From Myxococcales bacterium (GTDB lineage Bacteria; Myxococcota_A; UBA9042; JABWCM01; BTVJ01), in the NCBI GenBank assembly GCA_045863395.1, contig BTVJ01000004.1:96001-160000 (forward strand): a stretch of DNA of 64,000 nt. The letters run 5' to 3'. Of the stretch, positions 1-8,867 are shown piece after piece. How positions within the stretch are numbered: position 1 is the stretch's first letter; the number at the start of each line of letters is the position of its first letter. Made by a program: the position numbers and the translations under genes. The notes under the pieces were generated by a model that did not search any database, was not told the origin of the DNA, and was given only the letters and a program-made list of their open reading frames with translations.

Positions 1-1
1 C

Positions 2-649
2 TTCGGCCATGAGGAGGCGTCCTTCCTGCGCTTCCTGGACTTCCTCGCCGCCTCCTTCGAGCGAGTGGTGGTCCTCGGCGACGCCCTGGAGCTGCTGCAC
101 GGCCCTCGCCCCGGCGCCTACCGCGCCCAGGTGGAGGCGATCCGCGCCGCCCGACCGCGCCTCTTCCAGCGCCTGATGTCGCCGCCGTTCACCTACGTGC
201 ACGGCAACCACGACCTGGCGGCAGGGCGCCTGCTGAGCGCGCCCTCCGAGCTGGTCATCGAGGCCGGGGACGCCCGGGTGCTCCTGCTTCATGGCCACCA
301 AGGAGACTTCATCGTCAGGCACGCCTACCCGGTGGCCGCCTTCCTGAGCTGGGTCGGCGGCATGGTGGAGCGGGTCGTCGGGCCGCGCCTCGCCCGGTGG
401 CTCGACGACGTGGACCACCTGGTCACGAGCCCGAAGCGCACCGCGGACTGCCCCTTCCAGCAGTGGGCGGTCGCCCAGGCGCACCGTCACGCGGCCGACG
501 TGGTGGTCACGGGCCACACCCACGTGCCCGTCGTCGCGGAGCACGGCGACCGCGTCTTCATGAACAGCGGCACCTGCTCCCGCGGGCGCTTCGACTTCCT
601 GGCCATCGACACGGCGACCGGCACGTTCCAGCACCACGAGCGCTGGTAG
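2..649 (+). CDS. Calcineurin-like metallophosphoesterase (LpxH/UDP-2,3-diacylglucosamine hydrolase-like), 5' truncated by the window edge
   Basis: The frame is open from base 2. It carries the metallophosphoesterase motifs VLGDALE, YVHGNHD, LLHGHQGD and VVTGHTH. Confidence 0.8.
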   Translation, partial: FGHEEASFLRFLDFLAASFERVVVLGDALELLHGPRPGAYRAQVEAIRAARPRLFQRLMSPPFTYVHGNHDLAAGRLLSAPSELVIEAGDARVLLLHGHQGDFIVRHAYPVAAFLSWVGGMVERVVGPRLARWLDDVDHLVTSPKRTADCPFQQWAVAQAHRHAADVVVTGHTHVPVVAEHGDRVFMNSGTCSRGRFDFLAIDTATGTFQHHERW

Positions 650-783
650 CGCCTGGGCCCCCGTCCCCACCCGCGCGTTGCCTCGCCATCCGTGGAATAC
701 GCCATGGACCCGCGGTAGGAGCCCCCATCTGAGCCCCGCCGGGGCGATTGACAGCAGGACCTGGGTCGGCCAGCATCGCGGGC

Positions 784-1608
784 ATGGTTGCACTCCTCCC
801 CGACTCCAGCCGCATCCGCACGCGACTCGCGGCCCAGTCTCTCGATGACGTCCTGGCGGCTGCCGCGACCGTGATCGCGCCCACGGACCCTGCGCGCGCG
901 GCAGCCGTGCTCGGCGCGCTGCGCTCCAGCACCGCCGCGCACGGCTTGGGGCTTGGCGAAGGTGTAGCGGCCCCGCACGCAGAGGTCGCGGGGCTCGACC
1001 AGGCGGTGTGCGCGCTGATCGTGACGACGAGACCGCTGGACGTGGGCGCACCGGACGCGGAGCCCGCCGACCTGTTCTTCGTCGTCGTGGCGCCGCCAGA
1101 CGATCCGGGCGGGCACCTCCATGCCCTCGCACGGGTCGCCCGCCTCGCCACGAGGCCCCTCCTGCGCAGAGGCTTGCGCCAGGCTGCGACGGCGGAGGAG
1201 GCCCAGGCCCTCATCGATGCCGCGGAGGCACGTGAGGGCCGGGGGACGGCCCCGCAGCTCGCAGCCGCTGGCGACGCCCTGGCCGTGCTGACGGTCGTCG
1301 GCGAGCGCATGACCGACCGCCTTATGGTGACGCTGGTCGAGGCGGGCTTTGGCGACGCGACGGTGCTGGAGGCCCAGAGCGCGGAGGAGGCCGTCACCCA
1401 GGAGGTGCCCCTCTTCTCAAGCCTCAGGGACTTGTTCGCTGACCCGGGCGGGCGTCGCGTCGTGCTCCTGGAGGTCTCGCGCGACCGGGTCGCCGCCTTG
1501 AAGGCAGCCGTCCTCTCGTTACGGTCACCCGATGCGCGGGAGTCGGCGCGCATGTCGCTGATCCCCCTCCTCGAGGTCGTGACGGCGCCGGCCAGCGACC
1601 TGTCATGA
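784..1608 (+). CDS. PTS EIIA(Ntr/Fru)-like domain fused to a C-terminal PII-like domain
   Basis: GLGEGVAAPHA (phospho-His motif), DLFFVVVAP and HLHALARVARL match EIIA. The C-terminal GFGDATVLE...VPLFSSLRDLF resembles PII-like proteins. It overlaps the next gene by ATGA. Confidence 0.7.
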   Translation: MVALLPDSSRIRTRLAAQSLDDVLAAAATVIAPTDPARAAAVLGALRSSTAAHGLGLGEGVAAPHAEVAGLDQAVCALIVTTRPLDVGAPDAEPADLFFVVVAPPDDPGGHLHALARVARLATRPLLRRGLRQAATAEEAQALIDAAEAREGRGTAPQLAAAGDALAVLTVVGERMTDRLMVTLVEAGFGDATVLEAQSAEEAVTQEVPLFSSLRDLFADPGGRRVVLLEVSRDRVAALKAAVLSLRSPDARESARMSLIPLLEVVTAPASDLS

Positions 1609-2819
1609 GCGCCGGTGGCATCCTTGCCGTCCTGATCGCCCTGGTCGCCATCACGATGTGGCGGCCCCTCCGCGCAGTCCGCGCGGCGCTGGATGTGTCC
1701 CATCTGCTTGCCACCGGGCACGCCTTCCTGGTGCTCGGGGTGCTCCTGGGCCTCACCATGGACCACCCCACGGAGCGGGCCCTGACGTCGGAGTTGACTC
1801 CGCTCGTCTCCTTCGTCACGGGCTGGATCGGCTTCTCGGTCGGCGTCGGCTTCGAGCTGAAGGCGCTCCGGCGGATGCCCGGTCGCCTCCTCGCCGTAGC
1901 GTGGACACCGGCCGTGGCGGCCACCGCCGTGGTCGGAGTGAGCGCGTGGCCCATGCTCCGGGCCGCGGGCGCAACGCTGGCGGAGTCGACGGGCGCGGCG
2001 CTCGTCGTAGGTCTCGCCGCCGCCAACAGCGCCCCCACTCTGGCCGCCATGCTTCGCCGGCGACGAGCCGGGCGCCTCGCAGACGTGCGCCCGACCCTCC
2101 GAATGGTCGAGCTGTCGGCCACACTGGACGACGCCCTGGTCGTGCTGCTGACGCTCGTTGCCTTTGCGCTGCTGCGCCCACCCCAGGAGGGCACTGGCCC
2201 GCTGGAGATCATCGGGCTCAGCCTCGGCGCGGGCGTCGTGCTCGGGGTGAGCGCCATGCTCCTGCTGCGGGGCCGCGCCTCCGACGACGAGCGCCTGCTG
2301 CTGGGCTTTGCCGTCCTGACCCTGGCTGCGGGTGTCGCAGCGTGGCTTCGAGTGTCTCCCACCGCGCTGGCCGCGACCGCCGGCTTCGTCCTGGTGAACG
2401 CTGCGGGCGAACGGGCCGCATCCCTGGTGGCGGTCATCCGAAAGGCGGAGCGCCCCGCGCTGGTCGTCCTGATGACCGTCATCGGGGTCCATACGGCGCA
2501 CGCAGCAAGCTGGCTGGCCCTGAGCATCCTGGGACTGATGACCATCGGGCGCGGAGCGGCCAAGCTGGCCAGCGGTCGCGCGCTCCTTCGGATACAGGTC
2601 CCCGTCGGCGGCCCGCTCGCCCGGAGCTGGGCCCTCGGCCTCGCGCCGCAGGGAGCGCTCGGCCTCCTCGTCGCGCTCACGCTGTTTCACGTGTGGCCGA
2701 GCGAGCTGGCGCGCGCCGTCCTGGGCGCAGTCGCCGTGGCGAGCCTGCTCAACGAGGCCGCCGCTCCTGCGCTTCTGGCACGCGCGGTCCGCACGGCGAG
2801 ACGCGAGGCGCCCGCATGA
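1605..2819 (+). CDS. Cation:proton antiporter (CPA2-like), subunit 1
   Basis: About 12 hydrophobic segments, with GFSVGVGFEL, ATLDD and GLAPQGALG motifs. ATGA-coupled on both sides. Confidence 0.7.
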   Translation: MSAGGILAVLIALVAITMWRPLRAVRAALDVSHLLATGHAFLVLGVLLGLTMDHPTERALTSELTPLVSFVTGWIGFSVGVGFELKALRRMPGRLLAVAWTPAVAATAVVGVSAWPMLRAAGATLAESTGAALVVGLAAANSAPTLAAMLRRRRAGRLADVRPTLRMVELSATLDDALVVLLTLVAFALLRPPQEGTGPLEIIGLSLGAGVVLGVSAMLLLRGRASDDERLLLGFAVLTLAAGVAAWLRVSPTALAATAGFVLVNAAGERAASLVAVIRKAERPALVVLMTVIGVHTAHAASWLALSILGLMTIGRGAAKLASGRALLRIQVPVGGPLARSWALGLAPQGALGLLVALTLFHVWPSELARAVLGAVAVASLLNEAAAPALLARAVRTARREAPA

Positions 2820-4168
2820 TCGTCGAGCGGCTGTTGGGCCGCATCGTCCCCCTGCTCCTGTGCACTGGCCTGGTGGTGTTGCTGCGCTTCGGCGACGTGA
2901 CGGCGCCCGTGTCGGGGGCACAGGGGGCGCCGATGGCCATCGGGTACCTGCTGCTCGCCGCCTACCTCGGTGGCAAGTCCGCCAAGGCGCTGGGGCTCCC
3001 GCGCATCACGGGCTATCTGATCGTCGGCGTCCTGGTGGGTCCCTACGCGTCGGGCCTGCTCCAGCGGGACGTCCTGGCCGCTGCCCGCGTCGTCGAGGGC
3101 ATCGCCGTCGCGCTGATCGCGCTGGCGGCAGGGGGCGAGCTCCGCATCGCCTGGGTGCGGCAGCACGCGCGCCGCGTCGCGGTGCTCGTTGCGCTGGCCT
3201 TGGCGACCGTGTGGATCGGGGTCGTGGCGCTGCTGCTCCTGGGACGCTCCTGGTTCCCGTTCCTGGACGGGGCGTCAGCCGTGGAGGCGGTCGCCATCGC
3301 CGTCGTGTTCGGAGCCATCGCGGTCTCGTGCTCGCCCATGGTCACGCTGGCCGTGCTCAACGAGAACCGGGCGGACGGTCCACTGTCCCGCACGACCTTG
3401 GGCGTCGTCATCCTGATGGACATCGCGGTGATCGTGCTCTTCGCCGCGTCGCTGGCCGCCGCGCGGAGCATACTCGGCGGCGAGCAGGGAGGCGCCTCCC
3501 TGGCGACGGTGCTCGCCCGAGAGCTCGGCGGGTCCATCGTCGCGGGCTTCGTCGTGGGCGTCGGAGTCATCCTGTTCCTGCGCACCATTGGCCGTGACGT
3601 GGCGGTCTTCGTGCTCGGGCTGTGCTACGGCATCTCCCAGGTCTCCGATGCCCTGCACTTGGAGCCGCTGCTGGTGGCGCTGGCCGCCGGCTTCGTCGTC
3701 GAGAACTTCTCCGGGGGCCTTGGCCACCGGCTCATTGAAGGCGTCGAGCGCATGGCGCTGCCCATCTTCGCGCTGTTCTTCGCCGTGGCCGGCGCGAAGG
3801 TCGACCTGGGCGCTCTGGCGACCGTCGGCCCGCTCGCCGTGATGGTCGCCGTGGTCCGAGCCGTCCTCATGCGCGCCGGGACGCGCCTCGGGGCGCGGCT
3901 CTCGGGCGCCGACCCGGTCGTCGCCAGGGATCTGTGGCTCGGGCTGATCAGCCAGGCCGGGGTATCCCTGGCGCTTGCGGCCACAGTTGCCCGCGCGTTC
4001 CCCGAGTGGGGCGGCTCTCTCCAGGCCATGGTGCTCGCGATGATCGCCGTGCACGAGCTGGTCGGCCCGGTGGTGTTCCAGCGCGCTCTGGCTCGCTCGG
4101 GAGAGATCGGGCGCGCTTCACACGGCTCCGCCGCCCCCCCCGCCCCTAGAGCGACCCACGCAGCCTGA
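2816..4168 (+). CDS. Cation:proton antiporter (CPA2/Na+/H+ exchanger family), subunit 2
   Basis: The ATG at 2816 overlaps the upstream TGA. Motifs LGLPRITGYLIVGVLVGP, AGGEL, SPMVTLAV, VILMD, FFAVAG and LGLISQAGV. Confidence 0.85.
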   Translation: MIVERLLGRIVPLLLCTGLVVLLRFGDVTAPVSGAQGAPMAIGYLLLAAYLGGKSAKALGLPRITGYLIVGVLVGPYASGLLQRDVLAAARVVEGIAVALIALAAGGELRIAWVRQHARRVAVLVALALATVWIGVVALLLLGRSWFPFLDGASAVEAVAIAVVFGAIAVSCSPMVTLAVLNENRADGPLSRTTLGVVILMDIAVIVLFAASLAAARSILGGEQGGASLATVLARELGGSIVAGFVVGVGVILFLRTIGRDVAVFVLGLCYGISQVSDALHLEPLLVALAAGFVVENFSGGLGHRLIEGVERMALPIFALFFAVAGAKVDLGALATVGPLAVMVAVVRAVLMRAGTRLGARLSGADPVVARDLWLGLISQAGVSLALAATVARAFPEWGGSLQAMVLAMIAVHELVGPVVFQRALARSGEIGRASHGSAAPPAPRATHAA

Positions 4169-4251
4169 GTGCGACCAAGCGTGAGTCTGCGCTTGCTTCG
4201 AGCGACCGGCTGGGACTACGATGCTCCCAACGACAACCTCAGGAGCCCGCC

Positions 4252-6807
4252 ATGCAAGCGCTTCGCTCGCTCGCGCTCGGGATCTGCGTCTGCGCCATCT
4301 GGGGAACCGGCGCGCAGGCCGCCGATCTCTCCCGCAGCCTCGGCGTCCAGGGCCGCCTCGACACCGCCTCGGGCGCGCCCGCCTCCGGCACCTTCGACCT
4401 GACCGCGCGCCTCTTCACCGCGCCGACGGGCGGTACCAAGGTCTACGAGGAGGCGATGACCGGCGTCGTGGTCGCCGGGGGCCTCTTCGACCGGGAGCTG
4501 GGGCCCATCCCGCCTGGCGTGTTGGAGGGCGCCTCCGAGCTCTGGCTGGAGCTCCAGGTGGGCACCGACACCCTGCCCCGCCGCCCCCTGCGTGCGGTGG
4601 CCTACGCGCTGGTCGCCCAGCAGGCCAACGCGGCCCTGGTCGCCGCGGACCTCGCGTGCAGCGGCTGCGTCGAGCCGTCGGAGGTGTCGTTCCCTTACGC
4701 CGCGGCAGCCTCCAAGGGCGGGGCCGCGACGGACCTGGACTGTACCGGGTGCGTCGGCGCAAGCGAGATCGGCGCCGCCTCCATCGGGGCCACGCACATC
4801 CAGGCGGGCTCCGTCACGGCGGACAAGGCGGCCTTCCCCTGGGCAGCGGCGGCGGCGGCGGGCGGCCCGGCGACGGATCTCGCCTGCACGGGCTGCGTCA
4901 GCTCCACCGAGCTGGCCGCCAGCCTCGCGCTGTCGGGCAACGTGACCGTGGGCGGAACGCTCGCCGTCTGTACGGCGGGAGCCCCGGGCTGCTCCGTCGG
5001 CATCAAGGACACGGCGCTGACGGCGGCGGGCGATGGGTGGCTGACGGCCCGGACGCCGGCGGGTGTGCGCGTGCGCAATGCGGGCGACACGGAGTACCGC
5101 CCGCTCCTCTTCGGCGGGGGCACGGCGGTCGGCAACCTCGAGGTGACGGGGGACCTGGCCGTCGCCTCGGCGTCCGTCGCAGGCAGCCTCCAGGTCGGCG
5201 GCGACGCGGGGGCGTGTACGGGCTCGCGGGCAGGCACCGTACGCTGGTCCGGCTCGGCCCTGGAGGTGTGCGACGGCGCCGAGTGGATCGCCACCGTGGG
5301 CGCAGGCAGCGGCGGCTCAATCCAGGTGGGCAACGACACGGGCGCCTGCACCCCGTCCAAGGGCGGCACGCTGCGCTGGACCGGCTCCGTCATCGAGGTG
5401 TGCGACGGCGCCTCCTGGAAGGCGATCTACGACCCTCCAAGAGACGGCAAGAGCAAGCTCCAGGCGGCGCCGAGCTGCGTGGACATCCTGGAGACCGGGT
5501 ACTCCACCGGCAGCGGCGTCTACTGGGTGGACTTCAACGGCGGCTCGACGGACGACGCCATCCAGGTCTACTGCGACATGATCACGGACGGCGGCGGCTG
5601 GACGCGGGTGCTCTGGGCCGGGGCGGACAAGGCGATCTGCGCCATCGACGACGACCTCCCCGGAAACAACAGCAACCTGATCAGCGCCTCGGGGCCCTCC
5701 TTCGGGCTGCCGTGGGAGACGGTGGACCTGCTCTTCCCCAACGGCTTCGGCGGCTACGGCGAGCTCATGGGCAAGCTCGCGTCCAACGGGGACTGGGTCA
5801 TCCTGCGCAGCGACTCGGCGTCCTGGAACTGCTTCGCCAAGGGCGACTGCTTCAACTACAACCAGGCGCAGCGCAACGTGGAGTACAAGGTGAAGGGCGG
5901 CAACTGGGAGCCGGCGGCCAACTGCTGCTGTGGCCCGAGCTCCTACTGCAGCTCCCCGTCCAGCATGATCCTGGGCATCGGCGCATACCACACGGGCAAC
6001 GGCACGGTGCGAAGCAACGCGAGCTGCACCCAGACCTACATGGGCTTCTACTCGGGGGGCCAGGGACCCGCCCCCAACCAGGGGCAGTGGAGCATCCAGG
6101 GCACCGCCTACGTGCGCACCCGCAAGCCGGTCACCTCGCCCCTCAACGGCCAGTCCAAGGGCCAGCCGGGCAAGTCCTGCAAGGCGCTGCTCGCCAACGG
6201 CTTCTCCGTGGGCAGCGGGCTCTACTGGATCGACCCCAACGGCGGCGCCACCACCGACGCCTTCAAGGTCTACTGCGACATGACGACGGACGGCGGCGGC
6301 TGGACCCGCGTCCTGTGGGCGGCGGCCGACGTCGCCATCTGCGCGGTGGACGGCGGCCTCCCCGGCGGGACCGCGAACGTCGCCTACGCGAAGGGAGTGT
6401 CCGCGGGCCTGCCCGCCACGACGGTCAACCTCCTGTTCGACAACGGCTTCGCGGGCAACGGGGAGCTGATGGGCGTCCTCGCCAACGGCCAGCGCGCCGC
6501 GTTCCGCAGCTCCACGGCGAGCTACGCGTGCTTCGCGACGGGCGGCTGCTTCAACTACGCGCAGGTCGCCAACAACGTCCAGTATCGGCTCAACGGCGGG
6601 AGCTGGCTCAACGCCGCCGACTGCTGCTGCGGACCGAGCTCCTACTGCAGCACCCCGTCGAGCCTGATCATCGGCATCGGGTCGTATCACACGGGGAACG
6701 GCGTCACCCGCAACAACGCGAGCTGCACGCAGACCTACATGGGGTTCTACTCGGGTGGCCAGGGGAGCAGCCAGTGGGACCAGACCGGGACGGCGTGGGT
6801 GCGGTAG
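4252..6807 (+). CDS. Secreted fibre-like protein with two fibrinogen-related (YCDMTTDGGGWT) domains
   Basis: AGGAG RBS and a signal peptide (AQA). Three DLxCxGCV repeats, two CTxSxxGTxRWxGSxxEVCDGxxW repeats, then a duplicated domain with SC..L...SGxYWxD...YCDM(I/T)TDGGGWT. Confidence 0.75.
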   Translation: MQALRSLALGICVCAIWGTGAQAADLSRSLGVQGRLDTASGAPASGTFDLTARLFTAPTGGTKVYEEAMTGVVVAGGLFDRELGPIPPGVLEGASELWLELQVGTDTLPRRPLRAVAYALVAQQANAALVAADLACSGCVEPSEVSFPYAAAASKGGAATDLDCTGCVGASEIGAASIGATHIQAGSVTADKAAFPWAAAAAAGGPATDLACTGCVSSTELAASLALSGNVTVGGTLAVCTAGAPGCSVGIKDTALTAAGDGWLTARTPAGVRVRNAGDTEYRPLLFGGGTAVGNLEVTGDLAVASASVAGSLQVGGDAGACTGSRAGTVRWSGSALEVCDGAEWIATVGAGSGGSIQVGNDTGACTPSKGGTLRWTGSVIEVCDGASWKAIYDPPRDGKSKLQAAPSCVDILETGYSTGSGVYWVDFNGGSTDDAIQVYCDMITDGGGWTRVLWAGADKAICAIDDDLPGNNSNLISASGPSFGLPWETVDLLFPNGFGGYGELMGKLASNGDWVILRSDSASWNCFAKGDCFNYNQAQRNVEYKVKGGNWEPAANCCCGPSSYCSSPSSMILGIGAYHTGNGTVRSNASCTQTYMGFYSGGQGPAPNQGQWSIQGTAYVRTRKPVTSPLNGQSKGQPGKSCKALLANGFSVGSGLYWIDPNGGATTDAFKVYCDMTTDGGGWTRVLWAAADVAICAVDGGLPGGTANVAYAKGVSAGLPATTVNLLFDNGFAGNGELMGVLANGQRAAFRSSTASYACFATGGCFNYAQVANNVQYRLNGGSWLNAADCCCGPSSYCSTPSSLIIGIGSYHTGNGVTRNNASCTQTYMGFYSGGQGSSQWDQTGTAWVR

Positions 6808-6808
6808 G

Positions 6809-6866
6809 GGCGGAGGAGGCGGAGGGGCCGGAGGGGGCGGAGGAGGCGGAGGAGGCGGAGGAGGCG
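6809..6866. repeat. 9-bp tandem repeat (GGCGGAGGA-like, 6 full copies plus a partial one) between convergent genes
   Basis: Reads GGCGGAGGA GGCGGAGGG GCCGGAGGG GGCGGAGGA GGCGGAGGA GGCGGAGGA GGCG. Confidence 0.85.
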
Positions 6867-6883
6867 CTCCGGCTCCTGACCGT

Positions 6884-8767
6884 TCAGGGCAGCCACGGCC
6901 CCGGGTCGCACACGCCGCCTGGGGGCCCCGGGGGGTCGTAGGGCAACAGGTCCGGGGCGGGGATGAGCTTGCCGGCCACGTCGTCGATGCGGAACATCTT
7001 GGCGTCCGGCCCCACGCCGAGCTGGAGCTCCTCGAAGGCGGTCACCCAGAAGTAGCCGGTGAAGGCGGGGGTGGTCGCGCTCTTGTACTCCAGCGTCACG
7101 GTCTTGCGCCCGCCGGGCCCGGTGCCGCAGGTGATGCAGTACTTGGCGAAGGGGTCGCCGATGACCGGGCCGTCCCACCAGATGTCCTTGGCGTAGTCGG
7201 CGACGATGCGCACGAGCAGGGCACCGGGAGGGGTCGGCGTCTTGTCCACGATCTTCGTGTCCGGCGGCACCACCAGGACGAGCCGATCCGTGCCCGGGTC
7301 GCCCCAGACGGCCTCGCCGGAGCCTCCACCGCCGAAGAAGTTGGGCCCGAGGAACGCGATGGACTCCTTGCCCTCGTCCACATACCAGACCGCCGTGTCG
7401 TCGCCCATGCCGCCAAAGACCCTGAAGTCACGCATGTTCCCGCGCAGCACCACCAGGTCGTCGCCGTCGGTCGGGTCCAGCACGTCCGTCTTGCCGCCGT
7501 CCCCGTTGCCCGCGTCGATGGCCGCGCCGCCCATGTCCAGCGCGAAGATCCAGTCGGACCCGGGCCCCGTGTGGATGGTCGCCTGCTTGAACTGGTAGCC
7601 AGGCCCTGCGTCGGGGATGCACCCACCGATGACCAGGTCGTTGTCCCACTTCGAGCCCGACAGGCTGGAGCCCGTGCGGAAGTCCAGGGACCAGGACCCG
7701 TCGAAGATCAGCACGTCCGGCCCATCGCCCAGGTTGCCCGACGTGAAGCTGTGGAGCAGGCCCGAGGGCCCGAGATCCAGGACGTCGATGCCCGGGGAGC
7801 CCTCGAAGTAGGCCGCTGGCCCCGCGTAGTCGATGGCGTCCGGGTCGTTGCCCAGCAGGCGCCAGCCGTAGTGGTTTCCCTCGTCGTCGACCAGCATCTC
7901 GAACTTCCCGATGTTGCCGGCGAAGTTCTTCCAGTTGGCCATGTCGTCGTTGGCGTCGTTCCAGTCCCACTTGCCGGGCGGCAGGATGGGCGAGACCTCG
8001 CCCGTCCAGGTCTTGTGGCCGTCGAAGTACTCGTCGTCGAACAGCCCCGCCATCGGGAAGTCGGACTGCGTGGGCTCGAAGCTGCCGTCCCAGGAGTAGG
8101 GGTACTTCAGCGGAGGGCCGGCGTCGGCGCCCGGAGAGCCAGCGTCGGCGGCCGGACCCGCGTCGGGAGAGGGCGCGTCGACGGATCCGCCGGCGTCGAG
8201 GGGCCCCGTGTCCGGGGGAGCGAGCACGTCAGGGTCCGCGGGGCCAGCGTCGGCCGATGCATCGTCGAGGTCCACGTCCGACGGGGAGGCGTCGGAGGGG
8301 CCGGCATCGGAGGGACCGGCGTCCGTGGGACCGGGGTCCGTGGATCCGGCGTCCCACGGCGCGGCGCCGTCAGCGCCCGCACCGCCGATGGCGTCCTCCC
8401 AGGTGTCCTCCCCCGGTGAGGCGTCCGACGCAGCGCCGTCCTCCGACGCGCCACCCGCTGCGGCGTCGCTCACCTCGGCTTCCGCCCCGTGATCGCGCTC
8501 TGCCGCAGCCCCGGCATCCACCACGCCCCCATCGAGGTCCCGCGGAGGGAGCTGCGCGTCCAGCACCGACCCGCCACGGGAGCCGCCGTGCCCATCCGGA
8601 GGGGAGCCCAGCGCTGCGTCGTCGTCCACACCCGCCACATCCGGCGCCCCGGGCTCCGTCAGCCCCGCGTCAATGGCCACGGCCCCCACGGGCTCGGGCT
8701 GGTCTCCCGAGACGTCACAGCCACCCGACACCAGCAGGATCGACAGAGCGAGAAGAACGGCGCGCAT
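6884..8767 (-). CDS. Lipoprotein with a long DAG/Pro-rich linker and a Gly/Asp-rich (RTX-like) C-terminal domain; function unknown
   Basis: Lipobox-like LLVSGGC, a low-complexity DAG linker, and degenerate GxGxDxhxh repeats (GDGPDVLIF, GPGSDWIF, GMGDDTAV). Confidence 0.65.
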   Translation of the reverse strand: MRAVLLALSILLVSGGCDVSGDQPEPVGAVAIDAGLTEPGAPDVAGVDDDAALGSPPDGHGGSRGGSVLDAQLPPRDLDGGVVDAGAAAERDHGAEAEVSDAAAGGASEDGAASDASPGEDTWEDAIGGAGADGAAPWDAGSTDPGPTDAGPSDAGPSDASPSDVDLDDASADAGPADPDVLAPPDTGPLDAGGSVDAPSPDAGPAADAGSPGADAGPPLKYPYSWDGSFEPTQSDFPMAGLFDDEYFDGHKTWTGEVSPILPPGKWDWNDANDDMANWKNFAGNIGKFEMLVDDEGNHYGWRLLGNDPDAIDYAGPAAYFEGSPGIDVLDLGPSGLLHSFTSGNLGDGPDVLIFDGSWSLDFRTGSSLSGSKWDNDLVIGGCIPDAGPGYQFKQATIHTGPGSDWIFALDMGGAAIDAGNGDGGKTDVLDPTDGDDLVVLRGNMRDFRVFGGMGDDTAVWYVDEGKESIAFLGPNFFGGGGSGEAVWGDPGTDRLVLVVPPDTKIVDKTPTPPGALLVRIVADYAKDIWWDGPVIGDPFAKYCITCGTGPGGRKTVTLEYKSATTPAFTGYFWVTAFEELQLGVGPDAKMFRIDDVAGKLIPAPDLLPYDPPGPPGGVCDPGPWLP

Positions 8768-8867
8768 GGCTCAACCTCTCGGCGGTCTGGTGAATGGCGC
8801 GAAGACTGTCCTCGCGAGCATATACCGACGCACCGTGAAGGGAAGGCTCACGCTGAAGATTGGCAGC

